A program made the position numbers and the translations under genes. The notes under the pieces are model-generated. The model did no database searches and was not told where the DNA came from. It saw nothing but the letters and a program-made list of their open reading frames with translations. From Dipteris shenzhenensis (taxonomy: Eukaryota), in NCBI GenBank assembly GCA_047967505.1, contig CM106538.1: DNA of 64,000 bases; one strand, given 5' to 3'. Positions 1 through 13,300 of this stretch are shown in pieces; within the stretch, counting starts at the first letter, position 1; every line of letters begins with the position of its first letter.

Positions 1-136
1 CTAGCAGGTGTCGCGCCTAGCAGCTCACACTTTATCTGGCAGGATTGCATTGCTGGAGGATGCCTTGCAACAGTTGTTAGCGTAGCAATTACAGGCCAAT
101 GCAGAGCAGTCTGAACTTAGGAGAGCGATACACAGT

Positions 137-3100
137 ATGTCTGCCAGACCTTCTCGAGAGGAGAAGGGAAAGGCTCCAATGGAACCGGAGTCTAGTGTCC
201 ATACGGTCGAGCCTAGGAAGGCTAAAGTGCCAAATATTGCCAATTACAGGCCAGAAAAGTATTCTGGTCGGATGAACGACCGTAGTTCCGATGTCGTTGA
301 GACCTGGTTATACAAATGGGACGAAGCGTTCGCCGTTTGTGAAATTAGGAATGACATCAAGAAGATCCGCGAGGCCACCCACATGTTCAGTGAGGTAGTG
401 GATCGGTGGTGGATTAAGCAACAAAAAGATGGTATAGCATCCACTACCTGGGAGGGGTTTAAAGGAGAGTTCAGGAAACACTTCTTACCTCTTGACGAAG
501 CATCCCGAGCTTGGGATCAATATAGAAACCTTCGTCAAAGAAATTTATCGGTGGCAGAATACACTGATAAGTTTCGAGAGAGTGTAATGAAGGTTGACGA
601 ACCCCTGCCTCAATCAATCCAAGTGAAAGATTTCATATTTGGATTGAATGATCGAATAAAAATGGAAGTTCGGGCTAAGTACACGAACACATTAGATGAT
701 GCAATAGCTATAGCCCTGAACTATGAAGATGCCAAGGGCAGTAGGCCAAGTGGGTTTGCACAGGTCGGAACCCAGTATGGGTATCCGAAGAAATCTGGGT
801 TTAAAAAGAAATGGATTAGTAAAGGGAGTGGTTCTCAGCCGAGTGGTCAAGCCAAGCAGGCGAAACTGGCTGAAACTCCTAAACCAAGTACTACCATTGG
901 AGTGAAGAGGAAAGTAACCCCAATGGCAGCCCGGGCTTGGTCTAAGTCTCCCTTAAACCCAGAACAAAGGGAAAAAGCGAGGAGAGAAGGCTTATGTTTT
1001 GGTTGCCTTCAGCCTCATCAGTGGAAGGATTGTCCACGTAACAAAGATCGTCGGATGGCTGAGATGGTGATCTCAGAGTGCGACGTGGAGATGGAGGGAA
1101 GTCCCAGAGCAGAAGAGATGCAGATTCAGCTAGTGGGATCTTCTCAGAGGTTAGTACCTTGTTTGTTATGTGTGTTTGTTGCTAAGCTAGTGACGAGTGC
1201 ACCTGATAACATCCTATCTAAGCCCGCAGCAACGGGGTATACAGCCTTTAATGATACGGAGTTAATCAAAATGAAAGGGAGAGTGGCCAATCATGATGTC
1301 ATTGTGTTGTTTGACTCGGCGTCAACTCACAATGTGATCAACTCCAAGCTCGTGAAGAGGCTGAAATTAAAGACAAGTCCATCTGACTATGTGTATACAG
1401 TCAGGATGGCAGATGGAAGTTCAACTGAAGCATGGGACCAAAGGGTTACCCAGTTGGAGCTTCGGATTCAGGACTATGCTAATCAAAATGAAAGGGCGAG
1501 TGGCCAATCATGATGTCATTGTGTTGTTTGACTCGGCGTCAACTCACAATGTGATCAACTCCAAGCTCGTGAAAAGGCTGAAATTAAAGACAAGTCCATC
1601 TGACTATGCGTATACAGTCAGGATGGCAGATGGAAGTTCAACTGAAGCATGGGACCAAAGGGTTACCCAGTTGGAGCTTCGGATTCAGGACTATGCTGAG
1701 AAGCTTGATTTTGAAATTACCAAGCTTGCTCATACAGATATAGCCCTGGGTATGGCATGACATTCTAAGAAGAATCCAGCCATTGATTGGCAAAAGCACG
1801 TATATCAATTTAAGATGAATGATGTGCTTTATGTCTTGCGAGGTGAGAAAGATGTACCTCAGGGACCGTTGGTTTCCGTGATGGAAATCCGAAAAGCTCA
1901 AAAAGAGTTTTTATTCCTTTGCACAGCATTGGTAGAGCCGGTTGATGATTCTTCGGCTAGCACTGATGTTACACAAAGTGGTGAGATGGCCAAGCTGGCT
2001 AATCTTATAACAGAGGAGTTCTCTGAATGTTTTAGGGATGAACTACCTTATGGGTTACCTCCAGAGCGGAAAGTTCAGCATAAGATTGAACTGATCCTGG
2101 GGGCAGAACCTGTAAATAGACCTCCCTATAGAATGAGTTTTACTGAAGAGGCGGAGGTGCGTAGACAACTGGAAGAATACCTCAAGCTGGGGCAAATTCA
2201 ACCAAGTTTCTCACCTTTTGCTTTGCTAGTGATATTAAAGAAGAAAAAGGATGATACATTTCGTCTCTGTATAGATTACAGAGCATTGAATAATATCACT
2301 GCTAAGCACAGGTATCCGATGGCTCGGATCGATGATTTGCTAGATGCCTTCCATGGAGCCGTAATTTTCAGCAAGATAGATCTTAAGTGTGGCTACCATC
2401 AAATCCGGATTAGAGCCGAGGATGTGCATAAAATTGCTTTTAGAAGCAGGTTTGGTCATTATGAGTTTTTGGTAATGCCCTTCGGACTTACCAATGCTCC
2501 ATCGACATTCGTCATGCTTATGAACGATTTACTACGTCCGTATATCGGAAAGTTTATAGTACACTTTATTGACGATATTCTAGTGTTCAGTAAAAGTATT
2601 ACTGAACATTGTGAACACTTGAGAATAGTGTTCAGTACTTTGAGGAAAGCCAGTCTTTATGTAAATAAAAAGAAAACTGTACTATGTATGGTTAGGCTTG
2701 AATATTTAGGATTCATAATTACTTCACAGGGGGTAGAAATGGATCCGAAGAAAGTGGCTGCGATACTACCTTGGCCAATCCCTCAGAGTCTGACCGTGTT
2801 GCGATCATTCTTGGGATTTGTCCAATTTTATAGAAGGCATATCAAAGGATATTCCGAAATAGTATTGCCATTGACTGATCTGACCTCAGATAAAGTACCT
2901 TTTATATGGGGACATAATCAACAAGAAAGCTTTAACACCATAAAACAAGCTGTGGTCCCAGGACCGGTGTTAAAAATAGTTGATCCCCAGAAACCGTTGT
3001 TCCTGAAAACCGATGCAAGTGGCATTGCGGTAGGAGCAGTCCTCCTTCAAGAGGGAAGGCTAGTAGCCTTTGAAAGCAAGAAGCTTTCTCCCTCTCAGAG

Positions 3101-4858
3101 GAATTGGCCAACTCATGAATTGGAGTTGTAGTTATCCATGCTTTGAAAACATGGAGGCATTATTTGTATGGTTCAGAGTTTTATGTGGATGTGGATCATG
3201 ATACTTTGAAACATTTTTGTAAACACCCTGACTTGAGGCGCCGCCAAGCTAGGTGGGCAGAGCTCATGCAGGAGTTTAATTTAACGATTCGGTACCGAAG
3301 AGGAAAAGACAATAAGGTTGCTGATGCGTTGTCTCGCATTATGCACAACCTGAGTTTCACGGTATTAGAGAGTGCTCTAATGACCGAGATCAGAGAAACT
3401 CAAAAAGTGGACGAGTTTGTCCAGAGCTTATGGCCTAAGGCTCATGTGTTAAAACCCGGGGAAAATGAAAAGGATGACCTGGCATCCAGAAAAGGCCAAA
3501 CATATGCGAGATATACCATAAGGGATGGTATGCTAGTTAGAAATGGCAAGGTTGTAGTACGTGGTCAGAATGATCTCAGGCAGAGAGTCATTCGACAGTG
3601 CCATGATAGCCCGTGTGCGGGACATCCAGGAGTCGAGAAGACATATGATCTCGTGAAGCGAGATTTCTTTTGGCCAAAGATGAAAAAGCATATTCATGAA
3701 TATGTGACACGGTGTTTCTCGTGTCAAGTAAGTAAGGCCGAGCGGGTGAAGCCTCCCGGACTTTTACAGCCCTTGGAAATACCACTAAGTAAGTGGGAGA
3801 GCATTTCCATGGACTTTATTGTAGGGCTGCCTACAACACAAGGAGGGTATGATTCTATCCTTGTGGTGGTTGATCGTCTAACCAAGATGGCTCACTTCAT
3901 TCCGACTAGGGAGTCTGTTAGTGCCCCGCAAGTGGCGGATTTGTTTATTAGACATATATTTCGTCTGCATGGATTACCGAGATTTATAGTGTCAGACAGA
4001 GATGTCAGATTTACCGATCATTTTTGGACAGCGGTATTTGAGACACTAAGGACTGAGTTGGGAATGAGTAGTGGGAATCATCCTGAGACGGATGGTCAGA
4101 CGGAGAGAGTCAACCAGACCTTAGAGGATATGCTGAGGGCATATGTGTCATTGAGGCAACATACATGGGACAAGTGGTTGCCATTGTTGGAGTTTGCCTA
4201 CAATGATAGAAAACATTCCTCTACAGGGTTCAGTCCGTTTGAGCTGAACTATGGTTATAGACCAGCAAATCCAACTATAGTTGGAGTACCTCAGAAAGTG
4301 CCTAGTGCCGCGAACTTTGTGGTTCAGATGCGGGAGATGCTGGCACTTGCGAGAGCTAATATCCGCCAGGCTATGGATAGAGCCAAGGTGTATGCGGATG
4401 AAAACCGGTCTATAAGAGTATTTAAGGAAGGAGAAAAAGTTTTTCTCAGAGTTCCTTCGCACTTGAAGTCATTGACTTTAGGAGAGTGTGCGAAGTTATC
4501 ACCTCGATACTGTGGGCCGTGGTTAATTCTAAAGAGAATAGGCAAGATGGCCTATAAACTAGAATTACCACAGGGGTGTAAGGTGCACCCGGTTTTTCAT
4601 GTTTCGCGCTTAAAGAAATTTTTACATACAGGTGACTCACTAATCGAAGGTGTGGTTTTGTTTCAGGGGATAGAGGATAATGCGAGGCGCAAACCAACAA
4701 GAATCCCGGACCGAGGAACAATGCAAATACGAAATCGGAAGATACCCATGGTGTTGGTTGCATGGCATGGTCAGCCTCTATCCGAAGCTACCTGGGAATC
4801 CGTATATCAGTTGCGGAGAGTGTTCCCATACTTTATCATCGAGGACGCTGATGTCTGA
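137..4858 (+). pseudogene. Gypsy gag-pol polyprotein, broken by three lesions
   Basis: ORFs 137-1513, 1389-1760, 1815-3131 and 3143-4858 reassemble into one polyprotein. The lesions are a 217-bp tandem duplication (frameshift), an in-frame TGA at 1758-1760 (GMA* where W is expected), and a small deletion or frameshift near 3130 (HELEL|VIHALKTW). Confidence 0.9.
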
Positions 4859-4870
4859 AGAGGGAAGGAA

Positions 4871-5332
4871 TGTTACGCTCTAGCCGAGGTAGCATGACCT
4901 TGGAAGAATCAGTCGACATTTCCCTTAAAGGATCTTTATTTGTAATTAATTGTTTGCGCTTCATGTAAATGATCGGGAGGGAATTAATGTCAAGGTCCTA
5001 GGTGAGGGTTGATAGCACCAGACTAGGTGGATCTAAGGCTAAGGGCTTAATGCAAGGAATGTGCCTAGGGGCAAAGGAATTAAAGCATCCCAAGAGAGGG
5101 GTGAAATGTTGCATTAGGAAGGCCCTATATGGATGACATGTGGCATCTAGATCCATCTAGGGAGATGGGGCTTGTTGAAGCTAGAGAGAGAAGAGAATAT
5201 GGAATTCACGTATGTTTTTGGATGGAAATTCTCTGTCTGTCTACTCGCTATGCTTCAACAAGGTTGGCTGGGAGGAAATTAACGGTGCTGCTCCCGTGAT
5301 CTGCAGTAGGAGATTAGAAGTGGTTTATTACA
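4871..5332 (+). repeat. 3' LTR of the Gypsy element (about 462 bp), with PPT at about 4858-4870
   Basis: gaagagggaaggaa is followed by TGTTAC at 4871. The LTR ends ..TATTACA at 5332, where L1 ORF2 sequence (INWNK, minus strand) resumes. Confidence 0.8.
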
Positions 5333-8300
5333 AATTTGTTCCAATTAATATGAGCCCTTGCTGAAGTGCAAAACAAATCTAAGGTTGTCCTAAACGAGGT
5401 GAGTGTCTGTGGTGTGGCATCCAAAAAAACAGCCGTATCATCTACCAACTCACTATCCAATAGCTCATCCTGTTGCCTCAACATAAGACTCAGCACTATA
5501 CTATCAGCTTGAGCTCTAGGGTAATAGCTCATAACTTCGGCCACAAATAAAAAGAGAAAGGGGGCTAAAGGGCATCCATGACGGCGGACCGATCTGGTAA
5601 TCTAAAGCCTGTCTCCGCTGACTCCACCAATGAAAACCGCGCTATGGGCTGATTTGGATAGAGCTGACACCCCTCTTATCTATGCATCTGTGAATCCAAA
5701 TCGAGCGAGGGTACCCTCTAGAAAGCCCCAGTCTACTCTGTCATAAGCTTTCTCAAAGCCTAGGAGTAGAATGGCAAGCCTATGGCCATTATGCGTGGCT
5801 CAATCAGAAGTCTCAAAATGAGAAGATGTTATTGAAGATGCTCCTACCATGCACAAATCCCGTCTGCGTATCATGTATAAGATATAGAAGAAAGGGGTGC
5901 AGACGTAGGCTGATTGCTATTGCTAAGATTTTGTACAAAGTACCCAACAGAGTGATTGGTCTCCACTGAGACACTAAATTCGTGCAACGCCCTTTTGGGA
6001 TAAGATGAATGAGGCCCTTCGTGAGTCAGGCATCTCACCCGAGTCCCAAACGCCCTGCAGGGATGAGGTAATGTGTTCCCCAATCTGATTCCAAAATGAA
6101 ATACAAGAGAGGGGATAAGCCCATCTGAACCAGGGCACTTGCCCTTGTGAAGGGTAGAGAGAGCAGTCCTGAACTCTATGTTGGTGAATGGTGCATCAAG
6201 TGAGACTATCATATCTCTAGTCACCAACATATATAAGTGTTGCCAAATAACAACTCGAGCGTCATCTCTGGCTTGTGTGTAAGGATCTGCTATAAGAAGG
6301 GAGGCATATAAATCTATGGCTACCTGCAGGATGGCATCTGGATGTGTCTGTAAAACTCCAAGCTGTGATACACTCTCCTTACTATGTCTGGGGCCAAGAG
6401 TAGAGAAGAACTGCTTTTCCCCTACCTTTCGTCTGAGTCTAAAATGACTCTCTAGCATGAAAGGCATACTTTGCTCTTTGATCTAACAATGACTGCTGTT
6501 GAGCCCTTGCTGTAGCAAGGCGCTCCTAAACTCCAGCATATGTAGGCCTCTTCTGCTCTTCTTTCTGAAGAGTAGCCAACTGTTGGTGGATACCTATCTC
6601 TTGCATGAGGATCTCACCTCTACAGGTATGAGCAACAGAATGATAAAGGTCCCTAATATCCGAGAGGGCTGCAACTACATTTGACGGGGAAATCTGCCCA
6701 TCATGCATGTGAGATACCCAAGTCTGCAAAACTACCTCTGTGAGGCCCTCCTCTGTGTAGAAGGCATGTGGAATCCTGATACTGGCAGAGCGGCTCCTTG
6801 CCCAAGGATCTGAAACCAACAAAACGACTGGAAATTGATCTGAAGTGGACACCCCAGGTGTAATGCATATTGTCCCATCTTTGTTTAGAGCCCAATCATC
6901 CACTTAAAATCTGTAAATCTATGCATGGATAGGCATCTGCAATCTCCTGTTCGATCAAGAAAACAAGAGTGACTGTGGCTGAGTGTGGAAAGCATCATCA
7001 TGCCAAGCATCTCTGTCACTGGATTGTAAAAGAAAGGCATCCCAGGCTGCTCTCTCTAGGGAGTGGATACCACCTTCCCTACCTCCTCTTTTGTGTGTGG
7101 GCATTTCAACCATCTTGAAATCACCCCCAATGATCCAAGACTTTGCAATGCAAGACCAAGAAAGTAACTCCTTCCATAAAAGGACATGGTCCTCTCTTGA
7201 ATTGGGGGCATAAAGGTTTAAGAGACCAACCTTATGCCCACCAATCAAAAGAATTATCCACTGAGCTCTAGAGGGAACTATGATCCCATGTCCAATCACC
7301 AAGGGGAGCATCGATGAAGAAACCGAAATGCAAGTACCTCCAGTGACAAAAAAGTATGGCCTGAGAGAAGCTTACCGGACTTGGCACAATACCTGACGTC
7401 TAGGTTGTGTTCCTAATCATAAGAATATCAATGGGGTCCCTAGTAACACTTGGATGAAATTTGTTACGGATCAGCTGTCTACGGTGGTGGTGAGGTACAC
7501 CTCTGAGGCCTTGAATGTTCCAACTGACAATCCTCATCGGTGAGAGGAAGAAGTCGGATGAAAACCTTACCCGACCTGGTGGCAGAGACACCCCTCTCCT
7601 AGGAAAAATTCCTCCTATCAAGAGGAGGGAAGTCAACTAGGGATAATAGCACTCCCACACATGCAAAGGGGTATCTCTATCGAAGGTGATGTGAACAACT
7701 TGCTCCCCAAAGGTAGAGGGTACAAACTGCTCTAACTAAAACTCTACCATGTCTGCCAGAACTGCAAAAGAATTCTTGAGTGATGCATTTGGCGCAGGTG
7801 TGCAGAGGATCCTTGCAGAAGGTGGAGTAGAAGCAATAATACCCTTGCATTAGCATGGAGTATGGCACGGGTGTCAGCATCAAATTGCTCCATAGATGGA
7901 AGCTGCTTCTCATGAATATCAAGGGGACAGGAGGAACCACATCAGCAGTAGGAACTAGGACATGAATATCTCTTATCTGCAAGAAAGGGTCCGTGGTGCC
8001 ATCGGTAGCCTCTTGAGGTAGAACTGGCTCAACAACTCTGACTCACACCCAATGGGGGACGACTGGAATAGGATGCTAATGGTCCTGGTCGTGCTGTAGA
8101 AGAAGGTCCAAGACAAGAGGTTGTAGCCGACGGTCCTGGGCGGGAGGTGTAAGGTCCAGCAGCGCGAGAAGTGGTAGGATGTGCAATAGATTGTGAAGTA
8201 GGTCTAGCTGAGGTGGTGCTACGAGGTGCTACACCCCTAGACCTTTTAGGCCTTTTCTTTTTTCTCTTCCTTGGGCAATCTGGTGTTTAGGGGTCTTGCA

Positions 8301-9000
8301 AATCCTACATTGATTCTGTTTCCCAGTGATCTCGACTCTCTACCTGAAGAATGAGCCATTTGGATGTTGGAGCATGATGTGATCATCCTTGATGTTAGGG
8401 TCGAAGACAATGACGCTAACACATGGTACCCCGTCTGACCTTACTGCCTCTGATGCCAAAGAAGGCATCCTAGGGAGGGGGAGGGGGATCTCGGTGACCA
8501 TCCCGAAAGCGGCTTTAATGGAACATAAGAGTCGATGGTACACCTGAGGGAGGTCAGGGAATCTAAGGAAGAGTGAAGTCGTATGGCTATCCTCCTCCAC
8601 AGGGTCGAAGCCCAATGAGAAGGGCGTCAAGAAATCCTTTTGGAGCTGAGTGCCAAGGGACTATCTTGAAGCACTGTAACTGCTGCATTTGGGAGTAAAA
8701 AACAACCTGGAAGAAATCTCGACCATGCAGACGGACATCTGTGAGGTGCCCTGCGAGGTCTCCAGGTAAAGCGAAGAGCATCGTGTCCTTGGCTTATAAC
8801 CTGGAGGGGTGGGACCCATGGATGCGAGCAAATAGTGATGTCGAACTCTCCTGCTCTGTATCTTTTTTGAGCTGTTGCAAGTCGTCTTTTGAGAATGTGA
8901 TGGTTTTTGCGGCCGGTGGAAGCGGGCGAGGATTGGTTGAAGGTTGAGTCATCGTCAATTGAGGTGGGAAGGCCGACTCGAACACTGTTAAGCTCCGTCT
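5333..9000 (-). mobile_element. L1-clade LINE, family A copy 1 (ORF1, EN and part of RT), degenerate
   Basis: ORF1 remnants (SLFARIHGSHPSR, LHGRDFFQVVF, LRFPDLP); ORF2 start MRIVSWNIQGLRG near 7537; EN motifs NLYAPN and WIIGGDF; RT motifs KCPGSDGL and LDSELVDDT. The element is interrupted by the Gypsy at 5332. Confidence 0.9.
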
Positions 9001-9009
9001 GTAAAAATG

Positions 9010-9505
9010 CTGCTAAGAGAGAGAAAGGGGAGGAGAGGGTGAAGGCTTAGGGGAGAGAGGGAGATGAAGAAGGCTGAAGGAGGGGGAGAGAGGCTAGGAC
9101 TAGGGGTAGAGTAGAGAGGTGGAGGGGGGGAGAGGCTAGGAAAGGGGGAAGGAGTAGAGAGAGGAGGGGAAGAGAGGCTAGGAGCCGGGGGGGCGGGGGG
9201 GGGGGGGGCTGAAGAGATTGGGAAGAGGGGATAGAGAGGGGCGGGGGAAGGGAGGTAGGGAGAGGGGCTGAGGGAGGAGGGGTGAGGCTAGGAGCGGGGG
9301 TAGGGAGGCGGGGAGAGAGGCTGAAGGAGGGGGGGGTAGGGAAGCGGAGAGGGGGGCTGAGGGAGGCGGGGGTAGGGGAGGGGGTAGGGGCTGAGGTAGA
9401 TGGGGGTAGGAGTGGGGGGTAGGAGGCAGGGGTAGGGGCTGAGGAAAGGCGGGGAGGGAGTTGAGGGAGATAGGGAGGGGAATGAGGGGAGGGAGGAGGC
9501 AGGGC
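9010..9505. repeat. G/A-rich low-complexity tract at the 5' side of L1-A copy 1
   Basis: Almost pure purine on + with many G runs. Confidence 0.9.
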
Positions 9506-9639
9506 CTATTAACATGAAATAGTCCAAGAGATACAAGACAAGATGACAAACTAATAGTGAGTAGGCCAACCAAACTCAAACTGACCCTAGACTTGCCCTT
9601 TGAATATAGCTAATTGCTAGGAACTAAGGGTGAAAATAG

Positions 9640-9920
9640 AAGTCAAGTCAAATTGTAGTATTGGTCCCCTAAACTGGATTTTTAGTTAGACAAATAAAGA
9701 GTGGTTTAAATAACCTTAGTCCATGATGTTAGCATCCTGACGTGGCATGCTAATGTGGCATGATGACATGGCATGCTGATGTGGCAGCCTTGATATATGG
9801 CATTTTGACACATGGAAGTCCATGAGACACATGGCAGCTTGTGGGGACATGTGGAGGACCATGCATGAACCATGACACCACTTGGAACTCCAGCCCCCAT
9901 GCAGTCCACCACTTGTCACT
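9640..9920. mobile_element. Possible DNA-transposon/MITE remnant with repeated (A/C)TGTGGCA / GACATGGCA motifs
   Basis: Clustered degenerate tgacgtggca/atgtggca motifs and ttggtcccctaaact, resembling plant TIR-element subterminal sequence. No TIR pair was found. Confidence 0.3.
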
Positions 9921-10029
9921 AGAGAAGTCTAGCCCCCATGTGGACTCTTAAGTTACAGCTCCAGCTCTCAGCCTACCCCACATAGCACATGATAAGTTTT
10001 GTAGATTTTGCTTGAGCTATTGAGCTCTT

Positions 10030-10181
10030 TATTTCAGCATAGTACTCAGCAAGGGTCTTAGCGCGTCCTTTGCTCCAGCCCTTTGTGGCTTGTATGATTT
10101 TCTTTCCCTTTTGGTGCACTTTGCACTTTGTCCCATAGGCCCGTGAGGCCTCCCACGGACGTTAATATTTCTTTCTTTCTC
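10030..10181 (+). mobile_element. Two stacked isolated 3' tails of (TTTC)n-tailed retroelements
   Basis: 10040-10105 matches the 3' end at 35620-35690. 10121-10181 is the stem-loop plus (tttc)n tail and resembles 32131-32171. Confidence 0.7.
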
Positions 10182-10389
10182 TAGGGGTTCCTTCTTTTCG
10201 TCTTGGGTGGAACTCCCTCTAGAATCCTGCCCCATGCCCAATGCCTACCATGTGTCCTTAAAGGACCTTACATTATACCCTTTAAATGGGCATTTACAAT
10301 GGCACATTCAACTAATGCCTAGGTCTAGGATTACCCCCCTAGGCCCTAGCCTTTTAGTAGTGTTCTTGACTCCTACCTGCTTCCCCTGT

Positions 10390-13300
10390 GCTTAGCTTCA
10401 GCTCAGCTCCACAACAAGCAGCTCGTTTTTGGTGACAACAGCTCGTTTTTGTTCTCCACTTGCAAATTCAGCATGGACATGGGTGGACTGATACACCAGA
10501 GGCCTGTGAGACCCTGCTCACGGAGATACATAGTTTCCGTGAGCGTGAGATGGAGCTGGCTCGCTTTGCACGAGAGCAGGTCCGCTTCAACCAGGAACAG
10601 AGCCACATCATACAGGAGTAGGCTAGGCGGGGGAGCAGGCGGGTCTTATTCAAGGACTCTGACAGGATATCATGCAACTCCGACAGGAGGTCATAGCCTT
10701 ACACACTGCCTTAGGGAGTACCCCGGTGGTCGAGGCACAGATTGCGAGCATGCAATCTGCTATTGAGGAGACTTTCAGATGGGTTGACGTGGCCAAACGG
10801 GAACCCACAAGGGTCACCGTTTCGGCTACCTGATGGAGCAGCAGCAGAGAGCCAGTAAGGCTCTCAACATCAGAGTACGTGGGATCCCACGCACTGAGGC
10901 TACACTGATGGTAGATGCGACTGCGTTCGTGACCACTACCCTAGGTGTGGCTGAGCACAGGATAGAGAGGGCATGGCGGGTGGGGAGAGATCCCAACCGA
11001 GAGCAACCCCTGATCATATGATTTCATGACACTCAGGCACGACTTTCAGCTCTACGACACAGGTCAGTCCTTTGAGATCAGCCAGCGATCTCTATGGATG
11101 AGGACCTCACACCTCTACAGGTTGAGGAGAGGCGCTCTTTGCTGCAGCAGTAGGATCAGGCCCGGAAGGAGGGAAAGCGGGCAGTGGTACGAGAGGGACG
11201 CCTTCTTACAGGCTCCCGTAGGACACCTGCCTCCTCCCCTACATAGGAAAGCGGGGTTTATGAGACTCAGATATCCAAGACCCTATCCTGCACCATTTGG
11301 AACTGTAATGGTACCTTATGGTCAGAACCAGAGAACTTCTCGGAATCCTATATAGGCCATGACATAGTCTTCTATACAGAGATACATCAGAGTCCAGAAC
11401 GCCCTCTTCCAATCCGGATATATATGGGAGTTTGCCTACAGAGATGAGACGAGGGGTACAGGAGGAGTTCGAGGTTCAGGTGGAGTTGTAGTCCTTTTCA
11501 GATCCACACTTTGGGGGATCATTTCAGTAGAGTAGAGAGACACACATTCTAGATTTCTTTGGATTCGGATACAACACATGGACAGCCAGGATCTGTTTGT
11601 TGCTGTTTGCTACTTCCCCCCGGAGACCTCCCACTTTGCTAGAGATATTCGAGGTGATGATGAGACATCCCCATTTGTTGCCCTTTATTAGTCCATCGTT
11701 GACTTTTCTAGCCACGGAGAAGTCCTACTACGGGTTTTGGCTGACAGGCGAGGTCCATTCTCATCCTATGGGCAGGCCCTATCAGACCTAGGTAGGATAC
11801 ATGATCTCATTATCTATAATGGTCTTGACAGATGGCTCGCTTCAGGTGGTTTCACATGCTTTCCACATGGGGGGGGCTCCAGTGTTGTTGATTACATCAT
11901 GGGATCCCCTGTCTTCACATCTCGCATTACTGACTTCACTGTAGCACCTCTCCCCCCAGGGGCTGATCATACATACCTTTTCTTTCGCATCACCTCCTCC
12001 CTTCGCACAGCACCTTCCACCCCACTCAGTGCTTACTCCACTTACCACGATATACACTTTGATCGGGATCTCTCACCTTCTTACTCTGGCCGTCTGTACA
12101 TACTTCTTGCTTATATTGACTTCATACCCCTTTTAGAGGATCGTGCTGCGCTTGTCACCCACTCACTACACGAGGCTGCCATTCACGCTTTTCCCCACAC
12201 CACCTGCTCCACCCGCCCACCACCCCCTAGAACCGTACCCTGTAATAGTTGGTACGATGATGAGTGTAAGGCCTTACACCGTCAACTCAGATTCGAAACC
12301 AAAAACAGTCTTCCGAGTGCACCAGATACGCTACGTGAATACCGTAGATTGGTATGGAGGAAGAAACTAGACTTCGTTCGTCAAAACGAGGAGGAGCTAC
12401 TGAACATTTTGTTTAGTAATGACTCTAAGGACTTCTGGCGGAGATTTCTAGAAGGACGGTCCCCTCCGCCACTCACTGACACCCAGATCTGGTTTGATTA
12501 TGCACGCACACTTTATGACATCCCAAATCAGCTAGTCCCTAGCCTCTCACACATGCCTCGTCCCACATCTTGCACCCTCTTCACTAGAGGAGGGGTAAAG
12601 GACGCTGTAATGAAACTTCATAATGGCGGAGCGAAGGATCATGAGGGACTATGCACTGAGTTCATTGCATATGGGATTAACCTCCTAGCCCCCATCTTAG
12701 CAAAGCTTTTTAATGAAGCGGTTTGTTTGGGATTTCCACACACTTGGACCATTAATACTATCTCACCGATCCACAAGGCAGGGGATCCCATGAGCCCGGA
12801 GAACTACAGGACCATTATGATTGGACATGTCATGTCCAAGATTTATGCATCAGTACTTGACTCCAAGGTTAGCAGACTTGCAGAGTGTCGAGGACTCAGA
12901 GCAGCAGGACAGGCCGGATTCCGGCGTGATCATGGAACCATGAACCACATTCTGACGCTCATATGTATCATCGAGGATTCCACACACTTGGACCATTAAT
13001 ACTATCTCACCGATCCACAAGCCAGGGGATCCCATGAGCCCGGAGAACTACAGGACCATTATGATTGGACATGTCATGTCCAAGATTTATGCATCAGTAC
13101 TTGACTCCGAGGTTAGCAGACTTGCAGAGTGTCGAGGACTCAGAGCAGCAGGACAGGCCGGATTCCGGCGTGATCATGGAACCATGGACCACATTCTGAC
13201 ACTCATATGTATCATTGAGGAGGCGAGGTCACGGAAGGAGAGGGTTTATTGTTACTTTGTGGATTTTCGCAAGGCATTTGACACGGTCCTGAGAGCCCGC

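Larger units (their letters stand above)
1..5332 (+). mobile_element. Ty3/Gypsy LTR retrotransposon of chromovirus type; 5' LTR lies outside the window; nested in an L1 ORF2
   Basis: Domain order is gag (CFGCLQPHQWKDC knuckle), protease (LFDSASTH), RT (FIDDIL), RNase H (TDASG), integrase (HDSPCAGH..C..C, DFIVGLP, DGQTERVN, GPW) and a C-terminal chromodomain-like motif (VLVAWHGQPLSEATWE). A polypurine tract precedes a TG-initiated LTR. Confidence 0.95.

Noticed and set aside
1480-1513. Programmed gag-pol frameshift in the Gypsy
   Set aside because: The frame change is fully explained by the 217-bp duplication; removing it restores one frame.
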